From the NCBI RefSeq assembly GCF_009914755.1, contig NC_060928.1: DNA of 64,000 nt, one strand, 5' to 3'. Positions within the stretch are counted from its first letter, which is position 1; each line of letters starts with the position of its first letter. The notes under the pieces were generated by a model. That model made no database searches. It saw nothing but the letters and a program-made list of their open reading frames with translations, and was not told where the DNA came from. This stretch comes from the human T2T-CHM13v2.0 reference genome, Homo sapiens. A program made the position numbers and the translations under genes. This document shows positions 53,531 through 64,000 of this stretch, one piece after another.

Positions 53531-55326
53531 TGTGAGACTTATCACCTCCAGGTAAATAAATCAAAGTCAGTTTTTGGACCAGCAAAACTGAACGTGATAT
53601 GAACGACTGAGAGATGATTCCAGCTGGTGACATGCCACTGAGAGAATCAGTTGCCAACTCTTATGTATTCTATGTCACCTTTTGAAAACTCAGAGTAAAA
53701 ACAGAAGTTTTAATATTATATTTTTAAGTGCTCTGTGACACTTTATGCTTACAGTAGACTTTACGGTTATTGTAATCTAATGGTAAAGTCCTTTGCCAAG
53801 TGAAGAATCTGCTTAAAACCAGTAATTCCTATTTTTTGAATAAGTGAAAAATCTTAAATATATCTTTTATATGTTATTTTCATGAATGATGCACTTGGGA
53901 AGCAAAAAAGGTGGCCCAAATCACCGGGCAGTTGAAGGGCAGTTCCAGGCTTATAATAGAGGATAGAAAAAAGGGAAGATGTGAAAGCACAGAAAGTCAT
54001 GCTTTCCTTTCATACTCTCCAGGGAATAATTTATTCAAGATTGAAAACCTATGCACAGACATGTGATCACAAAGAAACACACATTCTATTTCCTGGAGTG
54101 CTGAATCAAATGGGTCAGGAAGCAGGGATGCTCACTATAATTCATTAAAAGCCCTTCGTCTCTCTAGGACTCCTGACCCCTAATAAGGAAAAAATAAAAG
54201 AAAAAAGGGAATAAGAAAAAGTATCTAACTCACATATTCAAAATTTTTGGTCTTTCTCCATGAGCTTCTGTAGCCCCAAACCCATTCCCCATTCCTCAAA
54301 CATATACATATTCTTTGCTTTTCTCATTCTTCTTTTCTGACCTGGACACAACTCTGAGAAAAGACTGAAAACTCTGAAAAAAAGGCTCCCAATATGACCA
54401 GTGTGGGTGAAAAGACAAAGTTCAGTCATAATGAAAACAAACCTATAAACTAACTGTGTCACCTTAGACAGTCCCTTAAGCCCCCGAGCCTGTTTGCTCA
54501 ACTATTTAAAACAGAAAAAAAAAAAAAACATTGATATTATTAACTCAATGGTGGTCTCTTCTAACTTTAAATTTCTATGACTTTAACAAGGAGGTCTGAC
54601 ACTTCAGCAGTTTACAAAACAATTGGAATAATTTCTAACTTTATCATAATTCATGTATGCCAAACTATCACCTCATTTATTCATGTACTTAACAAAAATA
54701 TTAAATGTCTACTATATGTGAGGCACTGTGTTAGATCCAGAGAATGGAAAGACAGGCCCCTGCTCTTTAGAAGGCCATAGTTGAGTGAAGTTAAATTTTC
54801 CAAACAAATACTTCCCAATATGCTGTCCATGCCATATCAGAGTTCTATGCCAGTTGTGGTCCACAAAGAGAGAGCAACTAACTCTTGAGAAAGGGGAGGG
54901 GATGGTAAGGGAATCATTTGGAGGAAATTATGTTTGAGATGAACCTAGAACCCTTTTGACTGATAAAACATTTTTTTAAAATCTCAACCCCTGAAACAAA
55001 GCAAACAAACCAAAAGCCCTCTTTTTTTTCTTTGAGAAGAACAAATCTTTGTTTACTGTTTATTAATATATATGATCTGAAACCAAGCAATTCTAAAAAT
55101 GAAGTTAGAAAAATTCATTCACAGGAAAGCATTGTTCATCTTGACATTTCATTCAGTTTTATTTGCTTGATTGAATCTTAAGTTATAAGCTTTTCACAAT
55201 GATAAAACTTTTTAAACTCAAGAAAATAAAAACCCTATGGAGCGCTCAGAATTTTGTAATTTTAAATTAGCTTTATAATGTTATCAATATCCAAAGTATG
55301 GATCTTTGCATCTCCAAAGGTTGTCA

Positions 55327-55735
<409 letters not shown>

Positions 55736-55975
55736 TTAACCAAAAAAGAATTTGTATTTAGTGTTTTTAAATGTAAAGATTAAATTTGGCCACAAATTAT
55801 TTTAAGTCTCTCTCATCAAGAAGTGGAGTCTATTTTCCAACCACTTGAGTCAGGGCTGGATTGTGACTTGCTTTGACCAATAGAATTTGCCAAATTAATC
55901 CTAAGTGATTTATAAGTGTTGGTCTCAACCTTTAGAATTCTATTCTCATCCTTGAACCCCTGCCACCACTGCATA

Positions 55976-56333
55976 TGATATGGTTTGTCTCTATGTCCCC
56001 ACTCAAATCTCAACTCAAATTGTCATCCCCACGTGTCAAGGGAGGGAGGTGATTGGATCACGAGGGCAGTTTCCTCCATGCTATTCTCCTGATAGTGAGT
56101 GAGCTCTCACAAGATCTGATGGTTTTATAAGTGTTTAGAAATTCCTCCTTTGTTCTTCTTTCTCCTGCCACCTTGTGAAGAAAGTGCTTGCTTCCCCTTC
56201 ACCTCCTGCTATGATTGTAAGTTTCCTGAGGCCTCCCTAGCCATGCAGACCTGTGAGTCAATTAAATCTCCTTTCTTTATAAATTACCCAGTCTCAGGTA
56301 TTTCTTATAGCAGTGTGAAAATGGACTAATACA
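55976..56333 (+). mobile_element. THE1D-like solo LTR
   Basis: tgatatggtttgtctctatgtccccactcaaatctc...aaatggactaataca; TSD gcata/gcaaa. Confidence 0.9.
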
Positions 56334-57324
56334 GCAAAAGAAACCCAAATTATCCTCGAAGAGATGACCTGTAGATAAGCAAAAGTATCCAGCCAACAGT
56401 CCCAGCTAACAACCAGACATACTCTCAGTGGAGCAGCCAGATTACTGCAGCCACAAAAGTGACCCCAGGAAAAATCAGTAGAAGAACACAGATGAATCCA
56501 ACCAAACTGCATAATCATAAGTAAGTAAATGGGTTGTTGTTTTAAGCCACATCTGGGGGTGCTTTGTTATGCAGCAAAATAATTGATACAGAAATTTATA
56601 CACAGAATTGGGATGCTGACTTAACAAAACACAAAATAGGCATCATTGGATTTTGTGCCAAGTCATGAGCAGTGGCCAAAAATGCAGCAAGAATGACAGA
56701 AGAAATGGTGAACAAACTGTTAGTGGTTCTGTGAGGCTGTGACTTTTTTTATTGGAGTCTAGAAAAATGAAACTCATGGTATGTAGTGGGGGTATAATTG
56801 GTGAAACTGTTATCTGAAATAACTTGAAAGTTAGATCATGTACCTAAAGAATTTTGGGATCCAGCTAATGGGTTGTTATACAGAATATTGAAACTGTCAA
56901 TTATCTTCTTCGGGCTAAGGTATGAGACATAAGAGATTACATAAAGAAGGAGTTTTTCAGTTTGAAAATAGAATATACAAAAAATCTAGAGGGCCCAGAA
57001 CTTGATAACTTAGAATATAAAATTGTTCTCCATGCTAACCCTCTTCAGGAAAATTCTTAAAGCAAGAAATGACCTTCCTTAGAGTAAAGATTATCTCAAG
57101 AGTGTGGCTGTAAGACTCAAGGGTGTTAGCTAAGACCTCAGAAAGATTTAAGATTCTACCTAGTAGACTCTCTCAATTAGACAAATGGTTACTAAGAATT
57201 GTAAAGGTGTTTTTCTCCAGTATCTGTTGCTTCATTCTGATAGAGATCTGTTTCAAACCAAATCATGGATTTGAACTAAAAGTAACTAAGATTATTCAAA
57301 TTGAAAAAAGGACTTCAATTTTCT

Positions 57325-59735
57325 ACAGTGATGGACACTGTATTGCATCATCCAGATCCTACTTCAGGAATAAAGGATTTATCATTTAATATTTGGAAAT
57401 GTTGCTCTGGCAGACATTCCTATGCTGCAGCCCCCTTTGGGACTTGCCATAACTAAAGAGAGTACTTTGATCAAAGTTATGCCTCTCTTAAGAGTCCCAT
57501 ATCCAATAACTGACAATTCTGTGTGTATAAAGGCCCAGCCCTTTCTCCCCAACTCAATCCAGCTTTATAACTACCCATACAGTTAGCTGAGTCCTCCATT
57601 CAGACTTCATTATAGCAGCTCATCATTTCCTTCTGCCCAATCTGGCTTTTTTTTTTTTATCCCTACCTCTCCACAGGCATTGATCCAACAAGCATTCCTA
57701 ATAAGCCTCCCACACACTAATTTCCACCTAAGATTCTACTTTCTGGAGAACCCAATCTGCAAAATTTGGTACAAAGAGTGGGGAAAAGGAAAGTAGAGGT
57801 ATGTGAATGTACGTATATAAAAGTAGTCATGAAATGTGAAAGTCTTTGTTTTGCATGTTAATTAATGCCTACTACAAAGCAAGCATCACAGAAGAGTCAT
57901 TAAGCAATCAGGTAAACAAAATAATTCAGTAAGGTGATGGCAACTATTCTGTCATCAGCCATCTAGTGCTGGTACAATGGGCACCTGAACAGAGTAGCTT
58001 TGGTGTCAGGGATGAAGGAAATACATGAGTGCAGTAGCATAAACTCCCATTTACCAAGGCTTATCTAGCTACTACCACTTCTGAATGTCCAACCTGCCAA
58101 TAATAAAGAACAATGCTGAGTCTTCCATATAGTACCATCTCTTGAAGAGGCCAGCCCACCATAAGCTGGCAAGTTGACAGCACTGGACCACTTTTACCCA
58201 GTGGACCACTGTTACCCTTTAGATGAAAATGAAAAAAAATTCTGGGTATTGGTTTTTCTTTTCTGCCTTCAGCACCTTAACCTGCACCTCTCCCAATGGG
58301 TTGACTGAATGATCTACCAGCATGTGATTACATATAATATTGCATCAGACTAAAGGATACACTTTTCAGCAAAGAAGGTGTGAGTACAAGTATATGACAA
58401 TGAGATCCACTGGTCATATCACATATTACACCATCCTGAAGCAACTAGTTTAATAAAGCAATGGGATAGCCTGTTAAAGGCATACATGAAGCATGTTTGA
58501 ATGAGATTCTTTTTGAATGTAGAGTTCCATCCTCCAAGACAGTGTACACTTCAAATCAGAAAGTTTTATATGGTGCCAGGTCCCTAGTAGAAAGAATATT
58601 TTTCTCTGGGAACCAAGGTGCTCTTGCTTCCTATTCTTCCCAGTGATCCATCTCAGGAATGTATACTTCTCATACCTTCAAGGCTAGGCTTTGTGGATTT
58701 AGAGGTACTGTTTCCCAAGGGAGAAAGCTTATACTAGAGTTTACAGCAAAAGTCCCATTGAACTATAAAGTATGACTGTCTGGGTATTTCAGTCAACTGT
58801 GTTAAAGGACCAGTAGGCAACAAGTCATAATTTTGGCAAGGATAATTGTCCCTGATCAACAGGGAGAGGTAGGAGTGCTGTTATGCTATAGGGACAGGAA
58901 TAACATATGTGATAACAGGTGATACACTTGGGTATATTGTGATACTCCTTTGCCCAATTTTGATGGTAAACAGATAAGTGCAGTGACTCTGACCCAAGAA
59001 GGGCATGGTGGTCAGGGGCTCAAACCCCTCAGGAATGAGGGTCTGGCTGGACCATGCTACCAAATAAGCCACTGAGACTGAGACCACAGGTTCTAATTGA
59101 GGGTGAAGGCAATATAAAATGAATAATAAAGGAGGTAGAGAATGAGAATCATTGCAATACCAGTTGTAGTAATAGGGGTTGTAGTTCATTCCAATAATCT
59201 TTCTCTTCTAAGTTTGACCCACCAGAATGTTGGTGAAGTTATTTCCAAAACTTTTAGGAAGAAGTAGATATGAGCAATATAAAGAGTGGACTATGGTGGA
59301 TTCTGTGATTCACCACCTAGATTCCCCTTCAAGAATGAATAGTTTATTATTTCAGCCTCTGAAAGTGCTGCTGATAGACAGCCTTCCACTCTCAACCTCC
59401 TTAGATTGCTACCTCTGAAGAGAACCACCTCATCCAAAGGCATACCCCTTCCTAGAGTAGCCTACACATGATGATTGATCAACACTATGGTTTAAAGGTT
59501 AAGGCCTCTTGCCCCATCTTAAACAGCTTTGAGGAGTCATCTCATCTTTAGAATACTCTGTAGGGACAGTGGAGTCTTCTATTAAGACTGCATCACAGCT
59601 CAATTTCTCCCCTACCCAGTCCCACTCTCTTCCCTTCCCTTCAACAAGTGTTGGTCCCATGAGCACTCCCTAATAAACATCCTACACAATAATCTCCATC
59701 AAGGAGTTCATTGCCCTTGAAAGCCAACATAGAGG
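57325..59735 (+). mobile_element. LTR16-flanked, internally deleted ERVL-class provirus (ERV3-16A3-like)
   Basis: Two related LTRs (about 57325-57765 and 59292-59735; agatcctacttcaggaat / agattccccttcaagaat; taataagcctcc / taataaacatcc). Interior resembles degenerate integrase (tgaatgtccaacctgccaa; tggcaagttgac; gcatcagactaaaggatacactttt). Confidence 0.6.
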
Positions 59736-59815
59736 CAGACAGGAATCAGCCTCTAGGTTGAGAAAGCTGTTTAGTTGCAAGCACAAGTTATGTATTAGGG
59801 ACAGTATTCCATTTC

Positions 59816-61098
<1,283 letters not shown>

Positions 61099-61119
61099 CA
61101 CTATTCCATTTCAACTCAA

Positions 61120-61880
61120 ACTAGATACACTACAACTCAAATCTAGCTTTAACCACCCAGAGTTAGTGCAGACCCCACAGTTGAGGATTCAGTCCACCAC
61201 AAGATTGTCCTCACTTTAAATGCCAACCACAAGTCCAGGGAGTACCCAGGTAACACATCTCTCTCACTTACTGGCTACAAATTTAGGGGTTTCCACATCC
61301 CCCTCAGGTTCAATAATCCACTGAAACAATTCACACAACTCAGGAAAGCATTACACTTAAAATTATATTTCATGATAAAGAATACAACTCAGAAACAGCC
61401 AATGGAGACACGGATAGGCCAAGGTCTGGAATGGTTCTGGACACACAGAGTTCATGCCCTCTCCTTGTGAAATCAGATTGTGTCACATTCTTAGCACATC
61501 TATATATCACCAACCAGGAAACTCCACTGAGCTTCAGTGTCTAGAGTTTTTATATAGGGTTTCATTACACAGTCATGATTAATAGGGTCATTGGCCATGT
61601 AGGTAAACTCAATCTCCAGCCCACTCCACTCCGTGGAGTTTAGGCTGCCTCAAAGTCCTAACCCTCTGATCATGTAATTGGTCTTTCTGGTGAGTAATCC
61701 ACATCTTGAAGCTATCTAGGGCCCCCATGAGCCACTTCATTAGCATAAATTCAGGTATTATCCAAGGGACTCATGAACAACAAAGACATTTCTATCCTTT
61801 GGGAAATTCCAAGAGTTTAGGTTCTCCTTCCAAGGCACTAGGGACAAAGGCCAATCAAATAGTTTATTATATAACAGACA
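61120..61880 (-). mobile_element. MER21B-like LTR
   Basis: cccagagttagtgcagaccccacag...cacaactcaggaaagcatt...gggaaattccaagagtttagg...gggacaaaggccaa. Confidence 0.8.
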
Positions 61881-62246
61881 AGGAAGAACCCTTTAGAGTA
61901 CAGCAAGAGCCCAGGGGGTAGAGGCAAAAATCACAGAAAACAATGGCTTGGGGAACCACTGCCATGGACAAAACTAGGCCCTAATCAAGCAACATTTCCT
62001 ACATTGGAGTACAGACCCTGACAACATGTGCTCAGCTTGATTTCACAATCTCATGTACTGGTAACAATGGCAACTTTTAATTCACAGTTCTCTGAAACCA
62101 GAAAAATTACTTCAAGAAGCCACATCTGTTTACAGGCTTGATGAAGATCATAAACTCATATGTCAAACTTGATACCAAAATTGAATAAGACTTTGGGGGT
62201 TTTGAGAAGTGATGAGCATAATTTACATGTAGGAGAAATGTACTTA

Positions 62247-62686
62247 CAGTTGATCTGTGGGTAACACAGAGGTTAGGGATGCAAAATCCCCCTCCCTACA
62301 GAGCCAAAAAAAAATGTATAATTTTTACTTCCCCAAAACTTAACAATTAATAGCCTACTGTTGACTGGAAGCCTTGCCAATAACATAAACTGCTGATTAA
62401 CATATATTTCGTGTGCATTATATAATTATATACATGATTAAGGTAAACTAGAGAAAGAAAATGCTATTAAGAAAGTCATAAGGAGGATAAAATATATTTA
62501 CTATTCATTAAGTGGAAGTGGATCATCATAAAGGTCTTCAACCTCATCATCTTCCCGTTGAGTAGAAGGAAGAGGAGGAGGAAGGGGAGGGTTGGTCTTG
62601 CTGTCTCAGGGGTGGCAGAGGTGGAAGAAAATTCTCATAGAAGTGAACCCATGCAGTTCAAACTCATGTTGTTCATGGGTCAACTG
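62247..62686. mobile_element. Tigger2a-like Tc1/mariner element
   Basis: TA TSDs; terminal inverted repeats cagttga... / ...tcaactg; 440 bp; aatagcctactgttgactggaagcctt. Confidence 0.88.
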
Positions 62687-63016
62687 TAATTGTAGCCAGG
62701 GAGTGGACTGTGATAGATGAAGTGTGGCTACTAATTTATTTTGGCTCCTCCCATCAAGAGGTAAAGTCTATTTCCCAACCCCTTAAATCTGAGCTGGCCT
62801 TCTGACTTTCTTTGACTTACAGAATGTGCTAAAAAGGATGAGAATGAAAGTCTAAAGTACCTTCACTTAGGGAGTGGCCTATTTCCCTATTTTCTCATCC
62901 ACTAAGCAAGAACTGTCAGATTAATCAGATTATCCCAAATTAATTACATTATCTTCTCCAACAAACAGAATAGGGAGAGGGATAAAAGCTTCCCTGCCAA
63001 CCTGTCCCCCTAGGGA

Positions 63017-63234
63017 AGGGGTCTGCAAATATAGCCTTTGGGTCAAATCTTCCCAGCCTTCTGTTTCTGTATGGTTGTATGGGAAAATAGCCATGTCCAT
63101 TTGTTTACTTATTGTCTATGGCTGCTTTCATACTATAATGGCAGAGCTGAACATTTGTGACAAAGACCATATGGCCCACAAAATGGAATATATTTACTAT
63201 GTCGTTCTTTACAGAAAAGGTTTGCCAAACCCTG
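63017..63234. mobile_element. MER58A-like hAT element
   Basis: aggggtctgcaaatatagcc...atggctgctttcatactataatggcagag...aaaaggtttgccaaaccctg. Confidence 0.8.
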
Positions 63235-63639
63235 CTCTAGAAATACTGGCTTGGCAAAACTTTATGACCATATCCACAATAAAAAATAGTCTTCATAATG
63301 TGATCCTCTTTACATAATCATATATATTTTATATAATATAATCTGAAACAAATGTTTCATGAAATAATACCTCTTACTACATGTGATGCACTCTGACACT
63401 TTCTCTTCTCTTTTATATCATTTTTAAAGCTGATCACAATTCACTAAATTGACTTCATAACCCACTAATGAATTGCAACCTCCACCTTCTCTGAGGCAAG
63501 CATATAGGGAGAATGGTTTTCTCTGAGCTACAGTACATAAGAAATGCTGAAAAGATGATAGCAGCTGTTTGTTTTTTAATTAACTTTCTAGTAAAATATA
63601 CTACTGCAGTAGGACAGAAAACATATATTTAGATTTTCC

Positions 63640-64000
63640 TGTGCTCAGTATTCATTTATTCAACAAAATTTCAACAATTATTTACATAATACCTATATTT
63701 CAAGTCTTTGCTAGGTTCTGTGGGTATAAAGGTGAAGAAAACAAACATGGAGATTAGACTTTAGTGGGGAAAACAAATTTGAAACAAATACAAAAACATG
63801 TAAGTACCAACTGTGATATGAAAAAAAGGTACTGAGTCCCATACATTTATAATGTGAGACGTGGATAGAAACTTACCTAGTTTAGGGCAGGATGAGGCTT
63901 TGTCTAGTTGGAATGGCTTCACTGGAGAAGTGAAAGTGGACCTGATAACTTCACAATTGAGAAGTTAACTAGGCAAACAAGGTGGGAAAGAGGAAGAGCA
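63640..64000 (-). mobile_element. L2 3' fragment
   Basis: ttcatttattcaacaa...tgctaggttctgtgggtataaaggtgaagaaaacaaacatgg...gaaggcttc-like motif. Confidence 0.6.

Overview
Primate genomic DNA, almost certainly human because it contains a pre-Ta L1HS. The window is repeat-saturated intergenic or deep-intronic sequence with no recognisable host protein-coding exon. Main contents: (1) a nested LINE-1 cluster at 1-13.2 kb, including a full-length degenerate L1PA10-13-type element that appears to carry a spliced MLT2A2 (HERV-L LTR) exon as a 5' transduction inside shared target-site duplications (TSDs); (2) a complete non-coding MER4A1 provirus at 25.3-32.4 kb with LTR2, Alu and MER4D/E LTR inserts; (3) a full-length pre-Ta L1HS at 35.4-41.5 kb with open ORF1 and ORF0, a 1-bp frameshift in ORF2 and a short 3' transduction; (4) a decayed MLT1H-type provirus at 55.8-62.8 kb hosting THE1, an LTR16/ERV3-16A3-like provirus, an AluJ (itself hosting a twin-primed L1 and a templated insertion), MER21 and Tigger2a; (5) many L2, MIR, MLT, Alu and DNA-transposon relics and several small templated duplications and inversions. 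Repeat family names come from remembered consensus sequences, not a RepeatMasker run, and boundaries of old elements are approximate.
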